From a virus, in the IMG/VR virus record IMGVR_UViG_3300031521_000001: a stretch of DNA of 64,000 nucleotides. The stretch is one strand, 5' to 3'. Shown here piece by piece: positions 1-9,922 of this stretch (position 1 is its first letter; every line of letters starts with the position of its first letter). Below the pieces are notes generated by a model that did no database searches, had not been told where the DNA came from, and saw only the letters and a program-made list of their open reading frames with translations. The translations under genes were made by a program, and so were the position numbers.

Positions 1-2162
1 CGATTTAAAAATTCAGGACTAAAAACTTTTTCTAATTCTTTTTTAAGAACTGAATTTTTAGAGTCTTGATTATTTTTATTAAGTCCAAATCCAATACCAG
101 TACCAAAATCTTTCAATTTTCGTGAACCAGCATTTGTTGTCATAACAATAATAGTATTTTTAAAATCGACTTTACGTCCATTACTATCTGTCAATACACC
201 ATCATCCAACACTTGAAGAAGGATATTTTGAACATCAGGGTGAGCTTTTTCAATTTCATCAAGAAGAATAATAGAATAAGGCTTACGTCTAACTGCTTCA
301 GTTAATTTACCACCATCTTCATATCCAACATATCCAGGAGGTGCTCCTACTAATCTAGATACTGAGAATTTTTCCATAAATTCACTCATATCAATTCTAA
401 TCATAGCATCTTCAGAACCAAATAACTCCTTTGCCATAATTTTAGCAAGATATGTTTTACCTACTCCAGTAGGTCCTGAGAAAATAAATGTGCCAACTGG
501 TTTATCATGACTATTTATACCAACTCTTGATCTCTTAACTGATTGAACTATTTTGTCAACTGCTTCATCTTGTCCAATAACAATAGTTTTAACTTTATTA
601 GCCATATATTTAAGCTTATTGTTTTCATCAACAGAAACATTATCTACAGGTATTTTTGTTATAAGAGCAACAACTTCAGCTATATCCTGTTGTGTTACCA
701 AAGGACGATTATCAGAATGTGATTGACTCCATGTTTCTTTTTCAGTTTCAAGTTCAGATTTCCATTGTTTTTCATTATCTCTATGTTCAGCAGCAATTTC
801 ATATTTCTGATTTGAAATACAATCAAGTTTTTCCACAATAGATATTTTTATTTTTTTGCTGAGTTCAACAATTTTTACAGGAATAGCACTTGTACCATTA
901 ACGTGAACCATAGCGCCAGCCTCATCAAGAACATCAATTGCCTTATCTGGAAAGAATTTTTCTGATATATATTTACCAGACAAATTAACACAAGCTTCTA
1001 ATGCATCATCAGTATATGTAACTTTGTGATGATCTTCATATTGTTTTTTTATATTTTTCAGAATTTCTAAAGTTTCTGACTTACTGGTTGCCTCAACAAC
1101 AACTTTCTGAAATCTACGTTCTAATGCAGCATCTTTTTCTACATACTTACGATATTCTTCAAGTGTAGTAGCACCAATACATCTAAATGTACCTCTTGCT
1201 AATCCTGGTTTCAACATATTGGAAGCATCGAGTGAACCTTGGGCTGAGCCAGCACCTATAATAGTATGAATTTCATCAATAAAAAGAATAATGTCAGGAT
1301 TTTCTTCCATTTCTTTGACAATACCTCTTAATCTTTGTTCAAATTCACCACGATATTTAGTTCCTGCTACTAAAGAACCCATATCAAGAGTAATAATTTT
1401 CTTATCCTGTAAATTTTCAGGAACAAGTCCATCTACGATTAACTGAGCCAATCCTTCTACAATAGCAGATTTTCCTACTCCAGGTTCTCCTACCAAAACA
1501 GGATTGTTTTTCTTACGTCTTGATAAAATCTGTGAGATTCTTTTAATTTCATCTGCACGTCCTACTACTGGATCAAGTTTACCTTCTTTTGCAAGATTGG
1601 TCAGATTTGTACCAAATTGATCAATCAATTTAGTTTTTGATTTGCTCTTTCCTTTTACTTCTTGTTCTTGTTCTTCGTCCATGTTACTATTTTCTAATTC
1701 ATCATTAATATTAAGTTCATCTTCTTCATTTTTTAATTTGTTTTTTAAACTTCTTAAAATTTCAGGTGATTTATTAAATAAATCTGAAACAAGGTTATTA
1801 TTATTATCCAATATTGCATAAAAAACATGCTCAATACAAACTTCATCTGAGTCCATTGATTTGGCAAAAACCACAGATTCTTTTAGAATTTTTTCAGTTT
1901 CTAATTCTAATGGAATAGAAGCATTCTTTCTAAGAGAATTCAAACCATTCTGTTTTTGTAAATCTTTAGACCAATCACGAATTGTTGATTTGATAGCATT
2001 AATATTGAGATTTAAATCTCTCATTATATTAGATGCTTCAGAATATTCCTCATCTATCATTGCTAAGAATAAATGCTCAGGCCTGATTGTGTTAGATTGA
2101 ATAATAATTGCAATTCCCTTACTTAGTTTAATAACTTCTTCTACTTCTTTCGAGTAATTCAT
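1..2162 (-). CDS. clpC: ATP-dependent Clp protease ATPase subunit ClpC-like (3' end runs off the window)
   Basis: Read manually on the minus strand from ATG at 2162 ([14 protein letters not shown]...RPEHLFLAM). It has a Clp-N domain, KLDPVVGR, Walker [15 protein letters not shown], a UVR-like [10 protein letters not shown], a second Walker [25 protein letters not shown], and PEFLNR at the window edge. Missing from the ORF track because it is truncated. Confidence 0.93.
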   Translation of the reverse strand, partial: MNYSKEVEEVIKLSKGIAIIIQSNTIRPEHLFLAMIDEEYSEASNIMRDLNLNINAIKSTIRDWSKDLQKQNGLNSLRKNASIPLELETEKILKESVVFAKSMDSDEVCIEHVFYAILDNNNNLVSDLFNKSPEILRSLKNKLKNEEDELNINDELENSNMDEEQEQEVKGKSKSKTKLIDQFGTNLTNLAKEGKLDPVVGRADEIKRISQILSRRKKNNPVLVGEPGVGKSAIVEGLAQLIVDGLVPENLQDKKIITLDMGSLVAGTKYRGEFEQRLRGIVKEMEENPDIILFIDEIHTIIGAGSAQGSLDASNMLKPGLARGTFRCIGATTLEEYRKYVEKDAALERRFQKVVVEATSKSETLEILKNIKKQYEDHHKVTYTDDALEACVNLSGKYISEKFFPDKAIDVLDEAGAMVHVNGTSAIPVKIVELSKKIKISIVEKLDCISNQKYEIAAEHRDNEKQWKSELETEKETWSQSHSDNRPLVTQQDIAEVVALITKIPVDNVSVDENNKLKYMANKVKTIVIGQDEAVDKIVQSVKRSRVGINSHDKPVGTFIFSGPTGVGKTYLAKIMAKELFGSEDAMIRIDMSEFMEKFSVSRLVGAPPGYVGYEDGGKLTEAVRRKPYSIILLDEIEKAHPDVQNILLQVLDDGVLTDSNGRKVDFKNTIIVMTTNAGSRKLKDFGTGIGFGLNKNNQDSKNSVLKKELEKVFSPEFLN

Positions 2163-2166
2163 AGGC

Positions 2167-2445
2167 TTAATTAATTTTATTATTGTTATTTGTTATGTTA
2201 TTATATTTGACAATTTCTCTCATTAATTGAAATTTCTTAATTTTCAATTTTTCGCCAATAGTCATTGAAATCAATAAAAATGGTAAGTATAATATTAAAG
2301 CGAAAATAAAAATGTACAAATTATATGTCCATTCTAATAATGTCATAAATGGAATTGCCCATTTTTTATAAATATCACCACTTTTATTTTTTAATATAAA
2401 AGTAGTATAAATATACAAAATATAATCTATTGTATTTTTTTTCAT
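2167..2445 (-). CDS. hypothetical membrane protein
   Basis: 92 aa ORF with a hydrophobic stretch, packed between clpS and clpC with very short gaps. Confidence 0.55.
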   Translation of the reverse strand: MKKNTIDYILYIYTTFILKNKSGDIYKKWAIPFMTLLEWTYNLYIFIFALILYLPFLLISMTIGEKLKIKKFQLMREIVKYNNITNNNNKIN

Positions 2446-2446
2446 T

Positions 2447-2740
2447 TTATTGTTCTATTGTGAGAGATAATCCTTTCTCTTCTAATAATTTTTTGTAAGG
2501 CTCCAATGATTCTTTTGAGCCAGTTTTAATAATATCTTTACCTATAAGATGAACATTATAAGCTGATGCTTGACCTCTTTCAAATGAAAATTTTAAATAT
2601 GCCATTAGACAAGTTATTACCCATTCGAATGAATTCACATCATCATTCCACAATATTAATTTATACTCTTCTTCAGTATTACTAGAAATACCATTTTCTG
2701 ATAAAATGTCTTCCAATGATTTTGTTTTTATTTTCTCCAT
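2447..2740 (-). CDS. clpS: ClpS-like N-end-rule adaptor
   Basis: YKLILWNDDVNSFEWVITCL...AYNVHLIG...GLSLTIE matches the ClpS core; lies upstream of clpC. Confidence 0.85.
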   Translation of the reverse strand: MEKIKTKSLEDILSENGISSNTEEEYKLILWNDDVNSFEWVITCLMAYLKFSFERGQASAYNVHLIGKDIIKTGSKESLEPYKKLLEEKGLSLTIEQ

Positions 2741-2805
2741 AACTTATTATATATGTATATACTTTACTATATAGTTTATTTAATTATCTATTGTAATTGA
2801 TAGTG

Positions 2806-2813
2806 CAAATTTA
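2806..2813 (-). promoter_or_regulatory. Bacteroidota-type sigma70 -7 element (TAAATTTG)
   Basis: TAnnTTTG about 65 nt upstream of the clpS start. Confidence 0.45.
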
Positions 2814-2948
2814 CAACATTTTTTCCTAATAACAAAACATTTTATGATATTATTTCAATAATATATTCAATTGTCTGATTATAAGTAAAATTTATACTAA
2901 ATATATCACAATATGAATCACTCATAGTTATATTTACTGCTTGTCCTG

Positions 2949-3170
2949 TCATAATTTATCATCATTTCTTCTAAATAAACATTTTTCGTAATATTCCTTT
3001 TCCATGTTATGTAAAGTGGATAATATAATTTCAACGAAATCTATTTTTTTCTTACCCTCATTCTTGTATTCAATACTAAAATTACTAGCCTCTTCAACTT
3101 CTCCAATTAAATCTTCTAATGAAATATATGGTTTACCATCATCTCCTTTAATAGTTCTTATAAAACCCAT
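2949..3170 (-). CDS. hypothetical protein
   Basis: 73 aa ORF with plausible composition. Confidence 0.6.
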   Translation of the reverse strand: MGFIRTIKGDDGKPYISLEDLIGEVEEASNFSIEYKNEGKKKIDFVEIILSTLHNMEKEYYEKCLFRRNDDKL

Positions 3171-3490
3171 TCAATCGTATTATTTTTATTTAATCATAAC
3201 TAATTATACTATTTATTTTTTAAAAAGTTTATTGCTATTACTGATTCAAATATATTTATGAAAAATTATATATATTATGTGGAAAACGTTTTTTATCTAT
3301 AATAGAATAAAAACTCATTTAAATCAGTGTAATTTGTCATTAAATGAAAAATCAACAAATTATATATCATAAAAACACCACAATCAAAAAAAATATTATA
3401 TTTTAGTGATTGTTTCTATTATATTTTTAATTTAAAAATAAAATAACATTAATAAAAAAGTTAAAAAACATTAAAAAACATTAAAAAAAT

Positions 3491-5131
3491 ATGAGTTTAA
3501 TTTTAAGACAACAAAAAGGAGAAAGATTAACTATAACCGAAATGGACGGTAATTTTTCATATTTAGAATCTCTATCTGGCATTTCTCACACATCAGGAAC
3601 AAATGGAAGTTCAGGAACAAATGGAAGTTCAGGAACAGATGGAACATCAGGAACAGATGGAACATCAGGTACAAATGGAAGTTCAGGAACAAATGGAAGT
3701 TCAGGAACAAATGGATTAAGTGGAGATAAATATACTACATTTTCGAATAATACATTAGAAATATCAACAGGAGGTACAATATCATTTTTTGTTGAGCCTA
3801 ATTTATCATTATCTACAGGACAAGATATTATAATAACACATGACTCATCAAATTTAATGATAAATTATATATTATCATATAATAAAATAACAGGTGAAAT
3901 ATTTTCAAATATTACTTCATCTATTGGTAGCGGAACATATAATTTTTGGAATGTATCATTAAATGGTGCTCCTGGTCCTTCAGGAATAGATGGAACATCA
4001 GGAATAGATGGAACATCAGGAATTTCAGGAACAGATGGAACATCGGGAAGTTCAGGAACAGATGGAACATCAGGAATAGATGGAACATCAGGAATAGATG
4101 GAACATCAGGAATAGATGGAACATCAGGAATAGATGGAACATCAGGAACGAATGGAACATCAGGAAGTTCAGGAACAGATGGAACATCAGGAACGAATGG
4201 AACGTCAGGAACAAATGGAACGTCAGGAACAAATGGAACATCAGGAACAAATGGAACATCAGGAAGTTCAGGCACAAATGGAACATCAGGAACGAATGGA
4301 ACGTCAGGAACAAATGGAACGTCAGGAACAAATGGAACATCAGGAAGTTCAGGCACAAATGGAACATCAGGAACGAATGGAACGTCAGGAAGTTCAGGAA
4401 CCAATGGAACATCAGGAAGTTCAGGAACCAATGGAACATCAGGAAGTTCAGGAACAGTATCATTAAATGGTACAACGAATTATGGACTACTTACATTAAA
4501 TGTATCATCTCCAAATGTAAATGTTGAAAGTGGATTAACATATCATAATTCATTATTAAATTTAAATGGTAATTTAATATTACCAAAGTTGTCAGGAACA
4601 GGTATAATGATAGACAATACAACACCGACATTTGGATATAAAGATTTAATCGGTCAGATAATACCAAGGGTTGGTGGATCTACTGCTCCTTCATTATCAC
4701 CGTTAAGAGGAACTAATATACTTAATTATACATTTCAAGTTAATGATAAGATAGATAATATTACATATCATATGCCACATGATTATTTACCAAACTCTGA
4801 TATATATTTACACACACATTGGAGTCATAATGGTACAGCAATTTCAGGAACATTTGCATTAAACTATTATGTAAATTACAGTAAAGGTTATAACCAATCA
4901 GGACAAACATTCAATTCTGAATTGACTATACCACAAACAATTTCTGTAACAGGAACAACAGATCGTCCAAGATGGGGACATTTTATAGATGAAATCAAAT
5001 TAAGTAATATAGGTGGAGATTCAACTCATTTAAATACATCATTATTAGAAATTGATGGAATTATTGAAATTGCATTAAATGTAAATAGTATACCTACTAT
5101 AACAGGGGTACAACAACTAATCCATTTATAA
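3491..5131 (+). CDS. collagen-like (Gly-Thr/Ser-Ser/Asn/Asp) fibre or virion protein; probably extends to 5205 across a frameshift
   Basis: N-terminal LRQQKGERLTITEMDGNF motif typical of phage fibre anchors, long G-x-y triplet tracts and a globular C-terminal domain. The -1 frame continues TTNPFIIMIDIHYQS...PFYI to a stop at 5205. Confidence 0.8.
   Translation: MSLILRQQKGERLTITEMDGNFSYLESLSGISHTSGTNGSSGTNGSSGTDGTSGTDGTSGTNGSSGTNGSSGTNGLSGDKYTTFSNNTLEISTGGTISFFVEPNLSLSTGQDIIITHDSSNLMINYILSYNKITGEIFSNITSSIGSGTYNFWNVSLNGAPGPSGIDGTSGIDGTSGISGTDGTSGSSGTDGTSGIDGTSGIDGTSGIDGTSGIDGTSGTNGTSGSSGTDGTSGTNGTSGTNGTSGTNGTSGTNGTSGSSGTNGTSGTNGTSGTNGTSGTNGTSGSSGTNGTSGTNGTSGSSGTNGTSGSSGTNGTSGSSGTVSLNGTTNYGLLTLNVSSPNVNVESGLTYHNSLLNLNGNLILPKLSGTGIMIDNTTPTFGYKDLIGQIIPRVGGSTAPSLSPLRGTNILNYTFQVNDKIDNITYHMPHDYLPNSDIYLHTHWSHNGTAISGTFALNYYVNYSKGYNQSGQTFNSELTIPQTISVTGTTDRPRWGHFIDEIKLSNIGGDSTHLNTSLLEIDGIIEIALNVNSIPTITGVQQLIHL
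3593..3727 (+). repeat. 9-bp-unit coding tandem repeat (GTS/GTN/GSS triplets), block 1
   Basis: ggaacatca / ggaacaaat / ggaagttca units. Confidence 0.9.
3962..4456 (+). repeat. 9-bp-unit coding tandem repeat (G-x-y triplets), block 2
   Basis: About 50 consecutive G-x-y triplets (GTS, GID, GTN, GSS). Confidence 0.9.
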
Positions 5132-5301
5132 TAATGATTGATATACATTATCAAAGTAATGGTATATTAGGAACAAAAAATAAAAACTATCCATTTTATA
5201 TATAATTTTTAAAAATGTTATTAAATGTTAATATTATAATATATTCAATAAAAATAAAAAAATATTTATATATAAACAAAAGAAAAATAAAAAATATTAT
5301 T

Positions 5302-5541
5302 ATGATGAATCTTGATGATATGTATAAGGAAATTGAGAACGAAAAATATCATAAACTTGAAAAGCAAAGAATTCAAGAACAAAAAATATGGGAATTAAAT
5401 GAAAAATTTAGACTATATTATATGACTGAAAATAACATGAATAATCATTTTAGAAGTAGCTATAATAGTGGAGGGTATACCAAAAAAAATAATAGTACTA
5501 CTTATGTTGATGAGGATTATGTTTTTGATTACGTTGACTAA
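5302..5541 (+). CDS. hypothetical protein
   Basis: ORF 5215..5541; the ATG at 5302 after an AT-rich leader is the more likely start. Confidence 0.55.
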   Translation: MMNLDDMYKEIENEKYHKLEKQRIQEQKIWELNEKFRLYYMTENNMNNHFRSSYNSGGYTKKNNSTTYVDEDYVFDYVD

Positions 5542-5556
5542 AAAAAATAAGTAAAT

Positions 5557-5958
5557 ATGAATTTAGAATATAAATTATGTAGAATATTTCACAATGATAA
5601 ATATACAATAGGTAAACTATATGAAAACGGTATATATATTTGTGACACTATTGAAGATGTTGTTAGAAATATTAAAATAAAAGACAAAACTGCAATTCCA
5701 ATTGGAAAATATAAAGTAATTGTAAACATGTCAAATAGATTCAAAAGATTACTACCTTTATTAATAGATGTACCAGGATTTGATGGTATTCGTATTCATA
5801 ATGGAATAAATGAAACATCTACATCAGGTTGTGTAATTGTAGGAGAAAATAAAGTTAAAGGAGAAGTTACAAATTCTAGATTTTGGATGAATAAAGTATG
5901 TGACAATATGATAGCAGCACAAAAAAAAGGAATCAAAATCACAATTGAAATAGTTTAA
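5557..5958 (+). CDS. DUF5675-family protein
   Basis: YTIGKLY..CDTIED..TAIPIGKY..VPGFDGIRIHNG..GCVIVG pattern. Confidence 0.75.
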   Translation: MNLEYKLCRIFHNDKYTIGKLYENGIYICDTIEDVVRNIKIKDKTAIPIGKYKVIVNMSNRFKRLLPLLIDVPGFDGIRIHNGINETSTSGCVIVGENKVKGEVTNSRFWMNKVCDNMIAAQKKGIKITIEIV

Positions 5959-5959
5959 T

Positions 5960-5993
5960 AAAAAAAGAGCAGATAAAAATCTACTCTTTTTTT
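5960..5993. terminator. bidirectional intrinsic terminator
   Basis: AAAAAAAGAGcAGAT-AAAA-ATCTaCTCTTTTTTT between convergent genes. Confidence 0.75.
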
Positions 5994-5997
5994 GTTT

Positions 5998-8900
5998 TTA
6001 ATAAACTAATTCTAAGTGAGAAACTAATTCTTCGTCTTTATCAACTTCAATTGATGCATCAAAATTTATACTATGCACCTGTTCAATAATTACAATTTTA
6101 TTTACTTTATTTTTCAACTCATCAATAAATTCTAAAAATTGCTGAACAGATTTTGTTTTTTTACCATCAATTAATTTACCCATAATTTCATCCAATACAA
6201 TAAACGTAGATTTTGATTTGACATTTATTTGTCGTAATGCTATCTTCAATGCAAGAGCACAAAATGTTCTTTCTTTTCCAGAACTTTCAATTGCATTTTG
6301 ACTGGAATCTAGCCTATCATCTGCACTAAGCCTTAAATTTAAATTATCATCAAAAAATAATGTAAAATTAACATTTATTAATAATTCATTCAATTCTTTA
6401 TTAATTAAATGAATAGACTTTTTCAATAAAAAAGTAGGTAATCCATCACGACTAATACATTTTTGATACTCCTTTAATAACTCATCTTTTTTCTTTTGTT
6501 TTAAATATTTTTTTATCTTAGTTGAAATTATAAAAATATCATTTTCTTTGAGTATAATATTTTTTTCCATTTCTATATTTATTTGTGATAAATTTTTTAT
6601 TTGTTCTTTAACGACTTTAATATTATTATCCACATCATCTATTGATAATTGAATAATTTTATTTTCATCTATTTTAACTTTATATTCTTGATATTTTTCT
6701 ATTTCTAATTTTAGTTCTTTTATTTTAAAATTAAAATTTTCGATTGATAAAATAATATTATCTCTATTTGACATTTTTCTGTTTCTTAACTCAAAATTAT
6801 CTTTCTTAGTTTCCTCAATTGAAATATCATCATCTATACCTTCAACATTAAAATTTTTCAATTCAGACTCAATATTTTTTATTACAATTGATGTATCTAA
6901 TTTGCCTTTTTCTATGTTTTTTATTAGTTCTTTCCCTTTCTCAATATTTTCATTTAATGTTTCAGATTCATCAAATATGTTATTCTCAATTTTTTCTATT
7001 AATTTATTTAAATCTAAATTGTCTTGAGTCAACTTCTTACTGCTACCAATTTCTTTCAATTTAGATAATATATCATCAGGGTATTCTCCTTGAATTAACC
7101 TTTTTTTCATGTCTTCCAAATTAAGAATATTTGTATTACATTCAATAGATTCATTTTTTAAATCTTTATACTTTAATATACAATCTTTAATTATCAAAGA
7201 ATTTGGTTCTTTTTTAATTTCAAGACTTTTAATTTTATCTTCTAAATGAGCTAAGTGTTCTGAATATTTTGGATCATTTTTATCATAATCTCTACCACAG
7301 CTAGGACAAGATTTTGAATTTTTGAATGTTTCTATTTCTTTATCTAATTCCTCATTTGAATTTTTAGCGTTAACTCCATCTTTTTGTAATAATTTTATAT
7401 TAGATGATAATTCTTTTAAATTTAATTCTAATTCTTGAATTTCTGATGTTATTTTTTTTATTTCATCCTTTATGATATTAGATTTATTATTTTTAATAAC
7501 TTCAATTTGTAAATCATTTGCATTTATTTTTGATGATATTTTTCTAATTTCAGATTGTTTTAATTCATCAATTTTAATATTAACTTTATCTATTTTATTA
7601 TCAGATTCTAATAATGAAGTTTTCAAATTTGAAATTTCATCTTTTCGTTCAGAAATTTTCAAGTTCGTTTGCTTCAATTTAATTTTATATTCATCAAGTT
7701 TAGATGAATCGAATTCAGTAGGTAATTTATCAATGTCTCTATCTAAAATTGTGCTTTGAATTTTAGATTCTTCAATTTTAGATTCATAATTGTTGATGGT
7801 ATTCAAATTTAAATCTTCATTAAAAGTTAACATTGATAAATCAATATTATTTAATTTTTTATTTAAATTATCTCTATCTGTATTATAATCAGATAATTCT
7901 TTTTCATGCTTCTCAATATCAGAATTATTAGTATCAATAATATCTTTAATATCAATAATTTCAGTATTCAATTCTTTCACACGAGATTCAGAATCTTGAA
8001 TATTTACTATTAATTTTTCTTCTACTAATTCTTTTTTATATTCTTTAAATTCATTCAATTTAATTTCAAAAATATCATAACCAGCATCTCTGATGATGTT
8101 ATCCATAAATACACTTCTATTTTCTGATAATAAATCATTTAAATTATCAGCATTAGTGAATGACAATCTAATAAAATCTTTCAAATCTCCTAAAATAGAG
8201 TCCAATTCTTTTTGAGTCTTAGCTTTAATTTCATCTGTTAATTTATTTTCTTCACAAATATTCTCGCTTTTATAAAAATCCAATGATGTAGGACAGCTTG
8301 TTAATGCCGTGTGATTCTTATTCCAAACTCTTTCTGTCTTTCTCTGAATAACGAATTTATTACCATTTGAATTAATAATTGCACCACCATTAACATAATC
8401 TAAATCTCTTTTGTTATTTATATATCTTGAATCTCCAAATTTTTCAGGACTTAATGTTGTCGTAGTCTTACCATAAAGAATATAAGTAAGTGCATCTAAA
8501 ATAGTTGTTTTACCTTCCTGATTTTCTCCATGAATTTGTACAATTCCATTAATATCAGCCCAATCTATAACATTATCATCTCCATAAGATTTAAAATTAC
8601 TAAACCAGAATTTATCAATACTCCATTCAGTATTTTTTAAGCATTCTACCAATTGAACTCTACTATTTATTATATCATCAATTTTAAGAATAGATTCAAT
8701 ATCATCTTTTTTGTATTTTTGCTCTTCTAAATATTCATTAAATATTTCTTTCTGTGTTTCAGTATCAGTCAAATCAATTGATTCTGATAGCATTTTTGAT
8801 GATAATATATCTGTGTATAAATAAACTTTTTCAAAAATAACTTTAGTTGTGCTAAATTTATTTTTAATATAATCTCTTATTTTCTTTTCATTAACAGTAT

Positions 8901-9753
8901 TTATAATTGATGAATATTCTTTCCAATGAACTTTAATTTCAGTATCTGTTCCAATTTTATCAGCAGACAAATTTAAATTGTCATAATCTGATGATTCATC
9001 AATATAAAGATTTATGAAAGTGTGTTCATTGTCAATATCATATTCAGTGACATCAAAATCTGATGGTGATTTTATATCCCATAATAAAAAACCATGATTT
9101 TCAATTGTTTCACCATATGATTGTTGTATAGTTGAGCCACAATATGCAGCAGATTTATCATTTCTTAAATACTGACGCTTGTGGATATCACCTATTAGCA
9201 CAAAATCATTATTATTAAAATAATTCATATTTTTGTACTTGTTTGCATCATTAAAAACTTTACCAGTATTTGATGTTACATTTAAAACTGGGTCATGAAA
9301 TAACCCAATATATATTTTACCATCATATTTTTTAATATTTTTCCATGGATCGTTGTCTTTATCTGAGTGTTCATAAACAACCCAAACAAAATTGTTATCT
9401 TGCTTATCATCATAAAATCCAGTTTTATCATAATAAGTAACATTTGGATTATTCATTAGTTTAACTACAGTTTCTATGCTGTCGATTCTATTTAAATTTT
9501 TCTTACGAATATCATGATTACCACGAACTATTATAACTTTAGCAATTTTTGATAATTCATTTAAGAAATTTCCAGCTATAATTTCAGCTTCATTTGAAAT
9601 TTCAATATAACTTTCAAATAAATCACCAACAATAACAATTCTATCTGGTGTAATTTTGCGTAATTTTTTTATTATTTTTTGAAAAATATCATTATATTCT
9701 TCATGTCTTTCAAGGTTTCTAATGTGAACATCAGCTAAGTGAGCAATTTTCAT
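5998..9753 (-). CDS. fused Mre11/SbcD nuclease and Rad50/SbcC ATPase (gp47-gp46-like)
   Basis: N-terminal ADVH, GDLF, GNHD and GDIH phosphoesterase motifs; then Walker A GENQEGKTT, coiled coil, CPSC zinc hook, SSGKE signature and LDE Walker B. Confidence 0.9.
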   Translation of the reverse strand: MKIAHLADVHIRNLERHEEYNDIFQKIIKKLRKITPDRIVIVGDLFESYIEISNEAEIIAGNFLNELSKIAKVIIVRGNHDIRKKNLNRIDSIETVVKLMNNPNVTYYDKTGFYDDKQDNNFVWVVYEHSDKDNDPWKNIKKYDGKIYIGLFHDPVLNVTSNTGKVFNDANKYKNMNYFNNNDFVLIGDIHKRQYLRNDKSAAYCGSTIQQSYGETIENHGFLLWDIKSPSDFDVTEYDIDNEHTFINLYIDESSDYDNLNLSADKIGTDTEIKVHWKEYSSIINTVNEKKIRDYIKNKFSTTKVIFEKVYLYTDILSSKMLSESIDLTDTETQKEIFNEYLEEQKYKKDDIESILKIDDIINSRVQLVECLKNTEWSIDKFWFSNFKSYGDDNVIDWADINGIVQIHGENQEGKTTILDALTYILYGKTTTTLSPEKFGDSRYINNKRDLDYVNGGAIINSNGNKFVIQRKTERVWNKNHTALTSCPTSLDFYKSENICEENKLTDEIKAKTQKELDSILGDLKDFIRLSFTNADNLNDLLSENRSVFMDNIIRDAGYDIFEIKLNEFKEYKKELVEEKLIVNIQDSESRVKELNTEIIDIKDIIDTNNSDIEKHEKELSDYNTDRDNLNKKLNNIDLSMLTFNEDLNLNTINNYESKIEESKIQSTILDRDIDKLPTEFDSSKLDEYKIKLKQTNLKISERKDEISNLKTSLLESDNKIDKVNIKIDELKQSEIRKISSKINANDLQIEVIKNNKSNIIKDEIKKITSEIQELELNLKELSSNIKLLQKDGVNAKNSNEELDKEIETFKNSKSCPSCGRDYDKNDPKYSEHLAHLEDKIKSLEIKKEPNSLIIKDCILKYKDLKNESIECNTNILNLEDMKKRLIQGEYPDDILSKLKEIGSSKKLTQDNLDLNKLIEKIENNIFDESETLNENIEKGKELIKNIEKGKLDTSIVIKNIESELKNFNVEGIDDDISIEETKKDNFELRNRKMSNRDNIILSIENFNFKIKELKLEIEKYQEYKVKIDENKIIQLSIDDVDNNIKVVKEQIKNLSQINIEMEKNIILKENDIFIISTKIKKYLKQKKKDELLKEYQKCISRDGLPTFLLKKSIHLINKELNELLINVNFTLFFDDNLNLRLSADDRLDSSQNAIESSGKERTFCALALKIALRQINVKSKSTFIVLDEIMGKLIDGKKTKSVQQFLEFIDELKNKVNKIVIIEQVHSINFDASIEVDKDEELVSHLELVY

Positions 9754-9800
9754 ATATTTATCTAATATTATTTTATTTTATTTTTAAGTTTATATTTTTA

Positions 9801-9808
9801 CAAATATA
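9801..9808 (-). promoter_or_regulatory. Bacteroidota-type -7 element (TATATTTG)
   Basis: TAnnTTTG about 50 nt upstream of the SbcCD fusion start. Confidence 0.5.
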
Positions 9809-9922
9809 ATGAATTTATTTCATAAATCAAAATATTTATAGTTTAACTTTATTTTATATGATCAAAAACATTAATTGTTTTATAATATATAATAAATTAT
9901 TAAAAAATAAACAATAAAAACT

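Noticed and set aside
1861-2100. Plus-strand 79-aa ORF
   Set aside because: Antisense to the clearly recognisable clpC; the same applies to other short antisense ORFs in the track (for example 7472, 21665, 32727, 35893, 55808, 57303, 63501)
3450-3490. TTAAAAAACA short tandem repeat upstream of the fibre gene
   Set aside because: Only 2-3 low-complexity copies in AT-rich DNA; not distinguishable from chance or slippage
2741-3490. tRNA or structured ncRNA in the larger intergenic gaps
   Set aside because: No GC-rich stems, T-loop or CCA signatures visible
3865-4527. Alternative-frame and antisense ORFs (VPDVP, FLMFH, RNRWN, MEHQE repeats)
   Set aside because: By-products of the stop-free 9-bp repeat inside the collagen-like gene
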